In this document: positions 1-12,771 of the stretch, piece after piece
How the letters are laid out: each line of letters opens with the position of its first letter
Position numbering within the stretch: position 1 is the first letter of the stretch
DNA from: Somniosus microcephalus
Lineage: Eukaryota
Length of the DNA stretch: 64,000 bases
Direction of reading: 5' to 3'
NCBI GenBank assembly: GCA_052327205.1
Contig: JBMRGM010000036.1
Location: 85,374,001 to 85,438,000, forward strand
Position numbers and translations under genes: made by a program
The notes under the pieces: model-generated
The model's input: the letters and a program-made list of their open reading frames with translations, nothing else
Told to the model about the DNA's origin: nothing
Database searches by the model: none

Positions 1-240
1 TATCATATCGCCGGGCTTTGAAATGATCTTTTACATTCACAAAATCATCAAAAGGCAATTTTAAGCATCACATCAGACAGGCCTTAGGGCTGCAATAAGC
101 ACACTGTGCAAACACGCTGAATCGGTAAAAAGGCTTAATTCTCTTCCCAGCTTAGGCCTGAATATATAATATAGGACCCGCAGACCTCACTGACTGCAAT
201 CCACAACCCACAGCCCATTATCCATGATCCCAGATGAACC

Positions 241-915
241 TAAGAACATAAGAAATAGGAGCAGGAATAGGCCACTTGGCCCCTCGAGCCCGCTCCGCCA
301 TTCAATAAGATCATGACTGATCTTGGGCTCAAAGCCACTTCCCTGCCTGCTCCCCACAACCCTTCACTCCCTTATCTTGCAAAAATCTGCCTATCTCCGC
401 CTTAAATGTATTCAATGACCCAGCCTCCACAGCTCTCTGGGGCAGAGAATTCCACAGATTTATGACCCTCTGAGAGAAGAAATTCCTCCTCATCTCAGTT
501 CTAAAAGGGTGACCCTTTATTCTGAAACTATGCCCCCGAGTTCTAGATTTCCCCACGAGGGGAAAAATCCTCTCTGCATCTACCTTGTCGAGCCCCCTCA
601 GTATCTTATATGTTTCAATAAGATCACCTCTCATTCTTCTAAATTCCAATGAGTATAGGCCCAACCTGCTCAACCTTTCCTCATAAATCAACCCCCTCAT
701 CTCCGGAATTAACTGTGTGAATCGTCTCTGAACTGCCTCCAATGCAAGTATAACCTTCCTTAAATAAGGAGACCAAAACTGTACACAGTACTCCAGGTGT
801 AGTCTCACCAATATCCTGTACAGTTGTAGCAGGACATCCCTGCTTTTATACTCCAAACTTGTTGCAATAAAGGCCAACATTCCATTTGCCTTCTTAATTA
901 TTTGCTGTACCTGCT
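241..915 (-). mobile_element. CR1-clade LINE, 5'-truncated 3' fragment (ORF2 C-terminus plus tail)
   Basis: ORF 329-1096 contains KANGML...HLEYCVQFWSP...LEFRRMRGDLIETYK...RNFFSQRVINLWNSLP; short-repeat tail near 241. Confidence 0.9.
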
Positions 916-955
916 GAAAAATGGCCATATGGATGAGGCACCAGAGGGCTATTGC

Positions 956-1156
956 TGTTATGTATTGTGTGTTCTCCTCCCACCTGTGGTGGCGCGTCAC
1001 AGCAGATAAATGGTTGGGTGTTCTCTTGGTTAAGTTTAGCTCTCTTTGTTCGGAACTCTCCAGAACTTCCCTTTCCCTTCGAATAAAGCACTTCATGTTT
1101 GAATCTCTGAGATCTGAGCACTAATTGTGTCTAGGTAAAAAGGTACCGACACAACA
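956..1156 (+). repeat. 5' LTR of Gypsy element 1
   Basis: Direct repeat of 5171-5372 (about 5 substitutions plus 1 indel by eye); TGTT...AACA ends; AATAAA at 1082. Confidence 0.95.
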
Positions 1157-1159
1157 AAG

Positions 1160-1171
1160 TGGCGACGAGGA
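1160..1171 (+). promoter_or_regulatory. Primer-binding site, tRNA-Ser(GCU)-type
   Basis: TGGCGACGAGGA just after the 5' LTR, complementary to the vertebrate tRNA-Ser(GCU) 3' end ...UCCUCGUCGCCA. Confidence 0.8.
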
Positions 1172-1235
1172 GCGGATGAAGCTGCGTACGCTACGGGTGC
1201 AGTGAGTAAACAGAAATTTAAATTTGAAACGTGAG

Positions 1236-4200
1236 ATGGCTACTATATTAGGAAACATCGGTGATTTTGATGAAAATGTGGAGCAATGGAGCGCTTATAC
1301 GGGACGTTTTGACTATTTTGTCTTGGCGAATGCAGTGGCAAACGAAAAGGTCGTGCCTACCTTTTTGAGTGTAATGGGGCCGAAGACATTCAATTTACTT
1401 CGCAGCCTTGTGCAGCCAGATAAGCCAGGAACTAAAACATATAAGCAACTCGTGGAAATTCTTGGAGCACATTTTTCACCAAAACCTCTGGTTATTGCTG
1501 AGAGATTTAGATTTCACAAACGGAATCAAGAGGAGGGGGAATCAGTGACAATGTTTATTGTTGCTTTAAAAAGGTTGTCGGAACAATGCCAGTCAAGGAG
1601 GTGCTGAATGACACCATTAGAGACAGACTCGTGTGTGGTCTGCAAAGTGCAGCCACACAGAAGCGCCTTCTTACTGAGGACAATCTTACTCTTGAAAAGG
1701 CCATTGAAGTTAGTGTCTCCATGGAGATGGCGGAAAAGGAGGCTCACCAGTTGAGTTCAACAGGGAGAGTTCACAAGGTGTCGTCTGAGCCTAAAGGTGC
1801 ACAGAACGGCACATGTTACGGTTGTGGGAAAACGGGCCATCACGCTAATGACTGCTGGTGTACGGAGCTGGAATGCCGAAATTGTGGCAAAAAGGGTCAC
1901 ATTGAACGCGCCTGTAGAGGTAAAAAAAAGTAGACAGAGCTGGGAAGCATGGAAGCAAAATGTCTGTATTTGGACAAGAGAGGAAAAAGAGTGTTCATTC
2001 AGTGCAGTATGATGGAACAAGCAAAACAGAGGGGAGCGACACCTCTGAGGAGGAAGAGGTGCACATACTGACGGTTACAGATGGTTCAAATGGCTACTGG
2101 GTGTCACCACTGGTGGAGGGACAATCAGTGCGGATGGAGGTGGACACAGGCGCAGCTGTGTCCCTTGTTTCAGACACTGTCTACAACAAAATGCTAAAGC
2201 ATCTTACCCTTCAGCCAACAAACATTGTGCTAAAGACGTATACCAGCGAACCTGTGGCCATGAGAGGCGCCATTGAGGTGACAATTAAATTGAACGGACA
2301 GACTGCAAAACTGCCACTATATGTGGTAAAGGGAAATTACCCATTGCTACTGGGACGTGCGTGGCTAGAGAAAATCACACTGGACTGGCCTGCAGTTTGC
2401 ATGATGTCAAAAGGGGAGTCAGGTCTGACTGCAGTGTTAAACAAACATGCAGAACTCTTCAATGGGGAACTTGGGAGCATGAAAAAGATCAGCGTGAGAC
2501 TGGACATTAAACCTGACAGCAAGCCGAAGTTTCACAAAGCCCGATCTGTACCCTATGCAATTAGGCCAAAAGTTGAGGCTAACTTGGAGGCCTTAGTCGA
2601 GAATGGAGTCCTGGAGCCTGTGAGCGTGAGCAAATGGGCCACACCCATTGTTCCTGTCCTGAAAAAGGATGGATCTGTTCGAATCTGCGGGGATTTTAAA
2701 GTGACTATTAACCCGGTGCTGTCTGCGGAACAGTACCCTCTTCCCCTCATTGATGATCTTTTTACGGGCCTGGCCGGAGGGCAAAAGTTCAGCAAAATAG
2801 ACTTATGCCAGGCTTATCTACAAATGCATGTTGATGACAAATCAAAGGAGCTGCTGACAATCGTGACACACAAGGGGCTATACAGGTACTGCCGCCTTCC
2901 GTTTGGAATTACGTCGGCCCCTGCTCTATTCCAAAGGGCAATGGATCAGATTTTGAGTGGACTGCCAAGAGTCCAGTGCTACCTGGACGACACCCTTGTC
3001 ACTGGGACAATCGAGGAGGATCATCTTCTGAACTTGGATGCGACACTACAACGACTGAAAGAGTACGGATTCAGAGTTCGTAAAGACATCAGTTGCTATG
3101 TCAAGGCAAAACATGGAAATGGACTGAACTGTGCAACGAAGCTTTCGCACAAGCAAAGAAAACATTGCTGAAATCGGAGGCCCTGACAAACTTTGACCCA
3201 AAGCTACCCGTGCAGCTAGCATGTGATGCATCACCATATGGTGTGGGAGCAGTCATATCCCACATCATGCCTTCGGGTGAAGAGAAACCTATCGCCTTCG
3301 CATCACACGCCTTGAACAAGGCCGAGAGTAACTATGCGCAGATCGAGCGCGAGGCCTTGGGAATTGTTTTTGGAATTCGAAAATTTCATCAGTACCTGTT
3401 TGGGAGAAGGTTCACACTCCTGATGGACCACCGTCCATTGACTTCAATCTTCGGGCCCCACACCGGAATTCCGTCTCTCGCTGCAAGCAGGATGCAAAGG
3501 TGGGCTTTACTGTTGTCAGGACACACATACGACATCAAATATCGCAAATCAGACTTGCACGGCAACGCAGACGGTCTCTCGAGGCTACCCTTGCCTGTTA
3601 CTCCCCCAGAGCCTCGTCAGATAGACATCTTCTACTTTAGACAAGTGGAGGGAGCACCTGTCACTGCAGTTCAGGTGCGAAGGTACACCCTTTCGATCCA
3701 GTCCTGTCTGAGGTAATGGACGATGTCATTCGAGGGAGAGCTATAGGAGATTCTCCTAGTTTGAAACCTTACGTTTCAAAAAGAAATGAGCTCTCCGTCC
3801 AGGCAGGTTGTCTTCTTTGGGGACGCCGTGTCATCATTCCGCCACCTCTGAGGGAACCTATACTGCAACAACTTCATACAGGCCACAGTGGGATGGTTCG
3901 GATGAAGGAAATGGCAAGAAGCTACTTCTGGTGGCCAGGTCTCGATGGGAATATTGAGGAGAAAGCCAAAACATGTTCCCCATGTCAAAGAGTCCAGAAT
4001 GTTCCACAGCTGGCAACCCTACACCCCTGGGATTGGCCTGCAGAAGTGTGGCAGCGAGTACATGTGGACTTCGCCGGTCCTTTCGAAGAGAAAATGTTTA
4101 TGGTGGTTGTGGACGCTCATAGCAAGTGGCCAGAGGTCGCTGTGATGAGGTCTACCACGGCAGAGAAAACAATTGAGAAACTTGGTGAGATGTTCAGCCG

Positions 4201-5017
4201 TTATGGCTCACCGGAACAACTCGTAAGTGACAACGGTCCACAATTTGTATCACAGGAGTTTGCAACCTTCCTGCATGTGAATGGTGTCCAACACATCAGG
4301 TCTGCGCCCTATCATCCCTCTACTAACGGCCAGGCAGAAAGGTTCGTGCAAACTTTGAAGCACGCCTTGAAGGCATCGCAAGGTCAGGGCTCAATCCACC
4401 AACGTCTGAACAGCTTCCTGTTGTCCTACAGGAACGAGCCGCATGCCACAACCAAAACTTCCCCCGCTTCGCTCATGATGAAGAGGCAGTTGCGGACAAG
4501 TTTTGACTTACTCAAACCTCCAAGGGCAGAGCAGGTTGTCCATCGTCAACAACAAGCTCAAGTTGAAAAGAGAGAGAAAAGAGCCAAGGAGAGACGGTTT
4601 CATCCGGGAGAGCACGTCCTAGCTCGAAACTACAACACTGGACCGAAATGGGTTCCTGCTACGGTGAATGTGCAGACAGGCCCTGTGTCTTACACGGTTG
4701 AGACTGCTGAGGACGTCGTCTGGCGAAGACACACAGATCAACTGTTGCTAGGAGCAGAGACAGCCACAGAGGCTCCAACGGCTGGTTGGCCTGAACTGTT
4801 TCCGGATGATACCGCAAACCAGCATCCTTTGCCACAGTGCTCTTCTCCAACACAGGAAGTCAAAGAGACTGTTCCACCTGTGCAAACTCCTGACTTTCGA
4901 CTGACACAGACACCTTCGCCATCTAGGCCTGTGTCAATACCAACTGCTGTGGAAGCCAGCGATGACCGCCGGTATCCTGTCAGAGAGCGGCGGCCTCCAA
5001 GACGCTTGGATCTGTAG
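1236..5017 (+). pseudogene. Frameshifted gag-pol of Gypsy element 1
   Basis: Split ORFs show two CCHC knuckles (CYGCGKTGHHANDC, CRNCGKKGHIERAC), protease VDTGA, RT YLDD, RNase H CDAS, and integrase HHCC plus D,D35E; frameshifts near 1590, 1930 and 3700, and a deletion near 3086. Confidence 0.93.
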
Positions 5018-5170
5018 GCTTAGCAACTTACCCACAAGACTGGGGCAGAATAAACTCCAGGGTAACAGGAGTTGAGGCAGTCTACCTCTACCCTAGGTTA
5101 GTTGAGTGCATTGAAAGTAACTTACCTGTTGAGGAATAATGTGGACCTTCCATTTAAGAGGGGAGGAATA

Positions 5171-5372
5171 TGTTATGTATTGTGTGTTCTCCTCCCACCT
5201 GTGTTGGCGCTGTCACAGCAGATAAATGGTTGGGTGTTCTCTTGGTTAAGTTTAGCTCTCTTTGTTCGGAACTCTCCAGAACTTCCCTTTCCCTTCGAAT
5301 AAAGCACTTCATGTTTGAATCTCTGATTTCTGAGTACTAATTGTGTCTAGGTAAAAAGGTACTGACACAACA
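5171..5372 (+). repeat. 3' LTR of Gypsy element 1
   Basis: Preceded by polypurine tract AAGAGGGGAGGAA (5156-5168); followed by TSD ATTGC. Confidence 0.95.
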
Positions 5373-5928
5373 ATTGCCACCCGTGAAATGTGAGACTCAG
5401 TAAGCCTGCACTTCCAATCAGTTAAATTACTGCTCAGAAACTGGTAAACGACACACACATGGAACTACAAGAGCTGACAACTGAATACCCTGATTTTCAG
5501 CATTCTCGGTTTGTCTTTTCATCTCCACTGTTTATGCTCAGTCACTTCTCGAATGCTGCTCTATAGGCTCGGAGCTTTGCCAGTGAAACCGCCTGTCTGT
5601 ACTACAATCAGTTTCACCAACAGGATAGACAGATTTTTGGACTCTAGGGGGATCAAGGGATATGGGGATTGGGCGGGAAAGTGGAGTTGAGGTCGATGAT
5701 CAGCCATGATCTTATTGAATGGCGGAGCAGGCTCGAGGGGCCGAATGGCCGACTCCTGCTCCTATTCCTTATGGTCTTTCTGATGCAGAGTGCTGCTTCT
5801 GGACCAGTGACAATCCAAGCCATTTAAACGGTATTTACCCGACATGCTTCTCTCCTTGGCATTGTTAATAAAAAAAAAGCAGCTTAACAAAAATGAAAAA
5901 AAAGTAAAACTGCAATCGCCAACACTAC

Positions 5929-6753
5929 AGCGAAGGTTCACCAGGCTGGTTCCTGGGATGGCAGGACTGTCGTATGAGGAGAGATTGGGTCGACTAGGCC
6001 TGTATTCACTAGAGTTTAGAAGAATGAGAAGGGATCTCATTGAAACGTATAAAATTCTGACAGGGCTAGACAGACTGGATGCAGGGACGATGTTTCCCCT
6101 GGCTGGGGGGGGTCTAGAACGAGGGGTCACAGTCTCAGGATACGGGGTAGGACATTTAGGACTGAGATGAGGAGAAATTTCTTCACTCAGAGGGTGGTGA
6201 ACCTGTGGAATTCTCTACTACAGAAGGCTGTGGAGGCCAAGTCACTGAATACAGGAAACTTTGGTTTATCCGGAGGTTAACTGTCCAGAATGCTCAAGCC
6301 ACCGGCAAAAATCAGGAGCCGTTTCGTTAGTTTTTTTTTCTTTTCGTTGCTTTTTTTTCACTAGTCAGGCTCTGCAAGGTCTCGCTGAAGCTGTTGCTAA
6401 GCTACAGAGACGCTTGCAAGGTACGGCTGATTGTTTAGAAGCTGTTGCTAAGCAACAGGGTTTGTTGCCAGATATGGAGCTCAAAATCTCCGTATGTTTC
6501 AACATTAACGCTGGTTTGTCCGGCAGTTTTGATGGGACGGCAACAGCTCGGTCCCATCGGTGCCGGATAGCACAAAGTTTCCTGTATATTTAAAAAGGAG
6601 ATAGATAGATTTCTAGATACGAAAGGCATCAAGGGGTATGGGGAGAGAGCGGGAATATGGTATTGAGATAGAGGATCAGCCATGATCATATTGAATGGCG
6701 GAGCAGGCTCGACGGGCCGAATGGCCTACTCCTGCTCCTATTTTTCTATGTTT
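5929..6753 (+). mobile_element. CR1 LINE 3' fragment interrupted by a MITE
   Basis: QRRFTRLVPGM...LEFRRMRRDLIETYK; GGGCCGAATGGCC tail; split at 6251/6585. Confidence 0.88.
6252..6584. mobile_element. Tc1/mariner (pogo/Tigger-type) MITE
   Basis: TIRs CAGGAAACTTTG...CAAAGTTTCCTG; TA TSD; removal restores the CR1 sequence gtcactgaatatatttaa. Confidence 0.9.
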
Positions 6754-7546
6754 CACGGGTTAAATTGCTTTCCTTTCACTTTTATTTTGAAAGAAAGAAA
6801 CAATTGCAAGGGTTTCATAAGTCGCTGAGTCAAAATCCTGGAACTCCCTCCCTAACCTTCACCACACGGACTGCAGCGGCAGCTCACCACCACCTTCTCA
6901 AGGGCAAATAGGGATGAGCAATAAATGCTGGCCCTGCCAGCAACGCCCACATCCTAAGAATGAACTTTTTTCACGTCCTATTGAATCTGCTTGCGTTGCT
7001 TTGGAGACATGGAAGTGCTACCTTAATTTGATGCTGCAACATCGCACGCACGAACCATTGCATTTATGTTGGCAGAAAATGTGGAATGAACTAAACCAAC
7101 AATTACTCCCATTACAGCCTCCCTTAGCTGCCTATTATCTAAAACACTAAATAAGGACCTTTTCATTCAGAGCACATTGTTAAAAAAAAATAACTGTGCT
7201 GCCATGTTTTAGTTCCCTCACCCTCAATTAAATTTACCTGATTCCCTTGCAAAAAGGTTAAACAAGCTGGCCTCGGGTCTCTCAGTGTCACTGCCACTGT
7301 ATTCAGCTGGTATGAACAGAAGTGCCGCCACGGGCGATCTGTCTTTTGAATTTCTTTCCTTCCGATCCGATCAGATCAGACTCGTGATCGTTCACTTGTG
7401 TGTTGTCCAAGCTTAACGTGGTGACAACTGAAGGTCCGGAAATCCAGTGGTACAAAGGCTTATTTGAGCCTCAACTGCCTCCCCCCTGAAACAGCTCAGC
7501 ACAGTCCAGGAGTCAGACCTGGGGACCCTTCCAGCTAGTATGGCTT

Positions 7547-7860
7547 AGGACACCCTCAAAGCCTCCTTGAAAAAGTGCAACATCCCCACCACTGACACCT
7601 GGGAATCCCCGGCCCAAGACCCCACAAAGTGGAGGAGAAGCATCCGGGAAGGCGCCGGACACCTCGAGTCTCTTCGCCGGGAGCAAGCGGAAGCCAAGCG
7701 CAAACAGCGGAAGGAGCGCATGTCAACCCAAGCACCCCACCCACCTGCCTCTTCAACCACCGCCTGCTCCACCCGCATTGGACTCATCAGTCACCTGAGA
7801 ACTCATTTTTAGTGTGGAAGCAAGTCATCCTCGGTTCCGAGGGACTGCCTAAGAAGAAGA
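7547..7860 (+). mobile_element. RTE-clade LINE 3' fragment
   Basis: KKCNIP...TWES.AQD..KWRRSIREG...IGLISHLRTH; (GAA)n tail. Confidence 0.8.
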
Positions 7861-8232
7861 AAAATTCTAACAGGACTAGACAAACTAGATGCAGGAAGGA
7901 TGTTCCCGATGGTGGGGGAGTTCAGAACCAGGGGTCACAGTCTAAAGATAAGGGGTAAGCCATTTAGGACTGAGATAAGGAGGAATTTCTTCACCCAGAG
8001 AGTGGTGAACCTGTGGAATTCTCTACCACAGGAGGCAGTTGAGGCCAATTCATTAAATATATTCAAGAAGGAGTTGGATATATTTCTTAAGGCTAAAGGG
8101 ATCAAGGGATATGGGGAGAAGGCAGGGACAGGGTACTGAATTTGGATCATCAGCCATGATCTCATTAAATGGCGGAACAGGCTCGAGGGGCCGAATGGCC
8201 TACTCCTGCTCCTATCTTCTATATTTCTATGT
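7861..8232 (+). mobile_element. CR1 LINE 3' fragment
   Basis: MFPMVGEFRTRGHSL...RNFFTQRVVNLWNSLP plus tail. Confidence 0.85.
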
Positions 8233-8240
8233 AAGAAGAA

Positions 8241-8440
8241 GGATCTTTTACGCCCACCTGAAAGGTTAGACGGGGGCCTCGGTTTAAAGTCTCATCTGAA
8301 AGGTGGCACCTCTGACAGTGCGGCGCTCCCTCAGTGCTGCACTGGAGTATCAACCTGGATTACACATGCTGGAATGGGCCTTGAACCCACAGCTTCCTGA
8401 CTCAAGAGGGGAGAGTGCTACTGACAGAGCCACCGCTGTC
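8241..8440 (-). mobile_element. Deu-domain SINE fragment
   Basis: gggcctcggtttaa..tctcatctgaaag...ctccctcagtgctgcact matches the AmnSINE1/SacSINE1 Deu core as recalled; B-box-like ttgaaccc. Confidence 0.7.
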
Positions 8441-9310
8441 AATGGTGCAATGGAATTTCGTTAATCAATGGCTTAAAAATGCTCCCCGACGCTTTTCACC
8501 AAGTTTATCGAGTGAGCAGCGGAAGCATACAGATCGGGACGGTCCCAGGTTTGATTCCTAGTTTGTGCTGTGAGCTGATTTCAGCAGGCAGGCAATAGGG
8601 ATCTGACAACACCACCGAGTTCGGGGAGGGAGGATCAGACTGGACTCCCATGTCTGACTGTGATTCAGGGACTCCCAGGCTCAGAGCTAGAACTCCTCTG
8701 TGTGCGCACTGAGCGCAGGGAGAGGTCTCAGCTAAACACCCCGTGGTCAAATAGTCCGGCCAAAACTCACCATCGCGACTTGCGGGTGAATGATGGCCAT
8801 TTGGGTGATGTGCCTGGCGCCTGCAGGCTTCTAGCTGGCCAAGAGTGGAACTCCTGCAAGAGAAGGGGAGGAGAGGGGACGAATAATCCCAAAAGGATGC
8901 CTGCTGCCCACGATATTACAATGTCAGGAAATTCAATTGCCTGTTGCGGATCCAATCGGAGGAGGAAATCTTCCAACAGGAACCTGTTAAAACATGGCAC
9001 GGGGACAAAAGCATCAAGAACATCGGTTCAAAGTTCTCTCGTGTCTCCCCGCCCTCCAACTCGTCTCATTTCTCTCGCCGCAGAATAAAACCCGTGCTCC
9101 CGAGCATTTCATGAAAGGAAAGTGGTGCAGCTTCCCCTTTACTGAAATACCCCACAGTGGTCAGGCGTCACAAACTCCCGGTCAAAGAAATTAGGTTAAG
9201 TGAAAGAGCTAATGTTGCAAGATAAAGGGTATGCTCAAGATGTGTGACGGCCCTAGAAACCAGATGGTCTAACAATATCCCAAGGACAGTAAGTAGATCA
9301 GGAAATACGA

Positions 9311-10102
9311 TGGTGGGACTGTCGTATGAGAAGAGATTGAGTAAACGAGGCTTGTATTCTCTTAAATTTAGAAGAATGAGAGGGGATCTCATTGAAGCAT
9401 ACAAAATTATTACAGGGATTGATAGGGTGGATGTTGGGAGAATGTTTCCCTTGGCTGGGGAGTCTAGAACCAGGGGCCACAGCCTCAGGATAAAGGGTCG
9501 GCCATTCAGGACTGAGATGAGAAAAAACTTCTTCACACAGAGGGTGGTGAATCTTTGGAATTCTCTACCCCAGAGGGCTGTGGAGGCTCAGTCATTGGGT
9601 ATATTCAAAACAGAAGTCGATAGATTTCTGACTAGTAAGGGCATCAAGGGATATGGCCTCCTTGAAAAAGTGTAACATCCCCACCGACACCTGGGAATCC
9701 CTGGCCCAAGACCGCACAAAGTGGAGGAGAAGCATCCGGGAAGGCGCCAAACACCTCGAGTCTCTTCGCCGGGAGCAAGCGGAAGCCAAGCGCAGGCAGT
9801 GCAAGGAGCGCACATCAACCCAAGTACCCCACCCACCCGCCCCTTCAACCACCATCTACCCCACCTGTGACAGAGACTGTAGGTTCCGCATTGGACTAAT
9901 CAGTCACCTGTGAACTCATTTTTAATGTGGAAGCAAGTCATCCTCGGTTCCGAGGGACTACCTAAGAAGAAGAAGAAGATGGCGATAAGGCCGGTGAATG
10001 GAATTGAGGCAGAAGATCAGCCATGATCTCATTGAATGGCGGAGCAGGCTCGAAGGGCCGAATGGCCTACTCCTGCTCCTATTTCTGATGTTCTTATGTT
10101 CT
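9311..10102 (+). mobile_element. CR1 LINE 3' fragment split by an RTE insertion
   Basis: CR1 ORF2 C-terminus; the tail resumes after 9978. Confidence 0.85.
9656..9978 (+). mobile_element. RTE-clade LINE 3' fragment
   Basis: ASLKKCNIPTDTWESLAQDRTKWR...TCDRDCRFRIGLISHL; GAA tail. Confidence 0.82.
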
Positions 10103-10475
10103 AAGTAGACACAAAGTCAACATTCTTGGGACAAGGACAAAGGGCCAGTAAACAAATGCTGCTAAGAGCTAAATGATGTTATAACGCAGGACATTCTAGA
10201 AGGTAGGCGGGAACAATGTATATCGCATCAAACTGTATGTATAAATATCTACTAACCGCCGTAACAATTGGGAGAAGCTTGACTAAAGCAGGCGGGTCAT
10301 TCTACAGAAACGGTGGCATTCCTGTCTCTCACCTTTGCAGCAAGCAAAATACTTTAAATGAACTTAATGATCACATGTAATATATATTTTTGATAAATAT
10401 ACACTGTTCTTTTAATAATAAAACATATTTGAGTCATGTAATGAGCAATGCTTGTTTTTTATAATTTATATAAAA

Positions 10476-11039
10476 CTAGCTGGGGGTGCCCGGTGGTGCC
10501 GAGGCTTTTTTGAGGGCATGTTGTTGTTGGAAGAGAGAGAGAGCAAGTTGGGGGGAAGAGAGAGAGCGAGTTGGGGGAAAGAGAGAGAGCGACTGGGGGG
10601 GAAGAGAGAGAGTGAGAGACGGGGGAGTGAGCGCGACTGGGGGGGAAGAGAGAGAGCGACGGGGGGAAGAGAGCGAGAGACTGGGGGGGGAAGAGAGAGA
10701 GCGAGAGACGGGGGAAGAGAGAGAGCGAGAGACTGGGGGAAGAGAGAGAGCGAGAGACTGGGGGGAAGAGAGAGAGCGAGAGACTGGGGGGAAGAGAGAG
10801 AGAGCGAGAGACTGCGGGGGAAGAGAGAGAGCGACTGGGGGCAAGGGGGAGGAAGGGGAAGGGAGAGGAAGGGAAGGGGGAGAAGGGGGGGAGGGGGAGG
10901 GAAGGGGGGGGGGGAGGGAGGGAAGGGGGTAGCAGGAGGGGGGAGAGGGGGGGGAGGGAAGGGGGGGTAGGGAAGGGAGGGGGGAGAAGGTAGGGGAGGG
11001 AGGAGAGGGGGAGGGAGGAGAGGGGGAGAGAGGGGAGGG
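10476..11039 (-). mobile_element. Non-autonomous Helitron, 3' portion (5' end lost at the gap)
   Basis: Ends CTAG followed by T on the minus strand; subterminal GC hairpin; first ~70 bp nearly identical to 62196 onward; purine-rich tandem repeats. Confidence 0.75.
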
Positions 11040-11326
11040 NNNNNNNNNNNNNNNNNNNNNNNNNNNNNNNNNNNNNNNNNNNNNNNNNNNNNNNNNNNNN
11101 NNNNNNNNNNNNNNNNNNNNNNNNNNNNNNNNNNNNNNNNNNNNNNNNNNNNNNNNNNNNNNNNNNNNNNNNNNNNNNNNNNNNNNNNNNNNNNNNNNNN
11201 NNNNNNNNNNNNNNNNNNNNNNNNNNNNNNNNNNNNNNNNNNNNNNNNNNNNNNNNNNNNNNNNNNNNNNNNNNNNNNNNNNNNNNNNNNNNNNNNNNNN
11301 NNNNNNNNNNNNNNNNNNNNNNNNNN
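11040..11326. other. Assembly gap (N run)
   Basis: Run of N following a G/A-rich low-complexity tract. Confidence 0.99.
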
Positions 11327-11576
11327 TGTGAGAGAGAGACCAAGTGCAAGCAATTTGCTTGTCACTCAGATCATGTATGGAAGTTTGGAGACATATTCTG
11401 AGTTAAAAAATATATTTTTCTCCTACTTTAAATGTCATTAAGTAAACACAAATGTCACATTTATGGAATGGAAACCTAAAAAAACTAAAATACCAACTAA
11501 ATATTATAAATAATATAACGGTAATAGCGGTAACCCCATGTTATGTCATTGGTGTTACTGCTTCACAAAACACACG

Positions 11577-12263
11577 GGGGGAGAAATCGGGTGAGTAACG
11601 CCAACTGTTAGCGCCTAAAGAGGCAGTCAGTGGCTGTAGCGCCACTGGCTGCGCCTCCCATGATATTCAGCAGGGGCGTTAGCCTGTTGCGCTGCGCCGC
11701 CACCGATGATGTCATCGGTGTGCGCAGCGCCCCATTAGCGCCCTGTTCGCGATATTTGGTAGCGAACGCCGCTGTAGCGCCGTTCGCTACCCGTGCCTGG
11801 TTCACGGGGCATTGCTGTGCCGGCAGCAACGCAATTTAAGGTGGAGGTGCGGGGCGGCCGCCTTTTTCGGCGGCCGCCTGCCAGCACCTCCGTCCCCAGC
11901 CTCCTGACCCACCCTACCGCAGCATTGCCGGCTGTTTCCCGAGAGCCCGGCACTTCTCCTCGGTGCCGGGCTCTTTTGCCAGCACTCGCGATTGGGGATC
12001 GCGCTGTTGCAGGCCCCTCCCCCTTAACAATGGGAGGAAGGCCTGCAGTACCGCAGCACGCCGTGACGCTGCGGCACGTTGCGCTGTGATATTCAGTTTC
12101 AGTGCCCTAAGAGGGACGCAGAGCGCCTCGAGCCTCGCCCCGTCTCCCTCGAGGGTTTCTGAAACTGAATTTCTGGCGATCGGTATTACTCCCAACGCAG
12201 CGCAAAAATCAGCGCCCAGGCGAACTTGGCGCCAGTTTGGCGCCTCAACCCAATTTCTAGGCC
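11577..12263. mobile_element. Harbinger-type MITE (GC-rich)
   Basis: Ends GGGGGAGAAATCGG...CCAATTTCTAGGCC; inverted near-copy of 33538-34249; no clean TSD. Confidence 0.82.
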
Positions 12264-12771
12264 AGCTATTTTGAAAAAATGCAATGACTTTTGGAAGTAC
12301 TTCCTGGTTCAAGAGGTCATTGGAGGAAGTGCGATCAACAGAGGCACATGGTGAGTCTGCTGTCTCTCTTCATTTGTTATAAATTTGATGAAATATTTGA
12401 TAATTTTATGCGAGGCTTTTAAGTATGTCATTGGTGTTAGTCATTTCATAGGAAGGGAAATGAGAAATTGATCATAGAAATTGATTAAATTAGATATTTG
12501 AATGATTTTAATATGATTGAAAACATGTGGTCTGAGGTACTGTGGTGTCCATTTTGTAAAAAACATTTTTTCTGCAAATTATCATTGGTGTTACCGTCAT
12601 GGGTGTTACTACTCCTCCTGGTAACACCAATGACAATCAGTAATACCAGTGACGTTTTTGTGTAAATGAGTTTTTATAAAAGCTTCAACAAAAGTTATTA
12701 GGGCAAAATAGCACATATTGTTTCATTTTCATAACTTCCTATTGTTATTGTTATTGTTCCTTTTGTCAGGT

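Larger units (their letters stand above)
956..5372 (+). mobile_element. Full-length Ty3/Gypsy LTR retrotransposon (Mag-like), decayed
   Basis: TG...CA LTRs at 956-1156 and 5171-5372; 5-bp TSD ATTGC (951-955 / 5373-5377); PBS, PPT and gag-PR-RT-RH-IN order. Confidence 0.97.

Noticed and set aside
7238-7306. Possible 69-bp minus-strand exon (EYSGSDTERPEASLFNLFARES) with AG/GT ends
   Set aside because: No resemblance to MACROD exons and it would interrupt the macro domain; such splice-like pairs arise by chance.
10452-11365. ORFs of 120-299 aa
   Set aside because: Low-complexity purine repeats and read-through of the N gap.
11608-12312. Cluster of GC-rich ORFs (also 16112-16844 and 33533-34218)
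   Set aside because: Non-coding MITE interiors; stops are rare because of the GC content.
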